From assembly GCA_028826165.1 (NCBI GenBank), contig JAPDFW010000081.1, forward strand, positions 124,001-188,000: DNA of 64,000 nucleotides, written 5' to 3'. Each line of letters opens with the position of its first letter. Position 1 is the first letter of the stretch. The notes below the pieces were generated by a model. The model had not been told where the DNA came from and searched no databases. It worked only from the letters and a program-made list of their open reading frames with translations. Below are positions 63,772 to 64,000 of the stretch, piece after piece. A program made the translations under genes and the position numbers. Origin of the DNA: Anaeramoeba ignava BMAN. Lineage: Eukaryota > Protista > Anaeramoebae.

Positions 63772-64000
63772 TGTAAGTTTGTTTGTTTGTTTGTGTTAGT
63801 TTGATTGTGTTAGTTTGTTTTAATTATAAAAAATTAAAAAGAAATGAAAAAAATGGAATTTAAAAATTTGTTTTTGTTTTTATTTCTTTTTTTTTCTTTT
63901 TTTTTTAATTAAAAAATTTTTTGGATCAATAAACTGTCGAATTTTATATTTTTTTTTCTGTCGAATTTTTATTTAATTATTTAATTACTTGTTTAAATGA

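Larger units (their letters stand above)
57900..64000. repeat. Tandem segmental duplication, ~3-kb unit containing gene, introns and upstream region
   Basis: The ankyrin exons and the upstream sequence 'ggatcaataaactgtcgaattttat' are nearly identical at ~60955 and ~63925. Confidence 0.93.

Overview
Very AT-rich, intron-containing, gene-dense eukaryotic genomic DNA from a protist. An organelle-targeted acetate CoA-transferase, an MCM gene with several inteins and expanded BTB-TLDc genes fit an anaerobic metamonad such as Anaeramoeba; this is inference only. I reconstructed 21 protein-coding genes by hand from GT-AG junctions: MVP, eIF4E, muskelin-like, Misato, SGF29, ABHD17-like, acetate:succinate CoA-transferase, a SelW-like selenoprotein with SECIS, three BTB-TLDc genes, RFC3, TOM1/GPR137-like, a dNMP-kinase-like gene, DENR, a ~2,450-aa surface protein, an HMG-box gene, AP2 mu, BRX1, a RING-TRAF-Fbox-LRR fusion and MCM8. 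Main observations: (1) an intact tRNA gene with a CTA anticodon (reads UAG) at 46836-46906, in a window where none of the 21 genes ends in TAG and I saw no in-frame TAG; (2) MCM8 carries three inteins in its ATPase core, with a spliceosomal intron 5 nt before the first; (3) a UGA-recoded selenoprotein missed by the ORF track; (4) three consecutive microexons (8, 5 and 5 nt) encode a conserved CoA-transferase motif; (5) a ~5-kb, almost pure-AT satellite with a ~145-bp unit; (6) several single-base frameshifts, probably assembly indels but unresolved.
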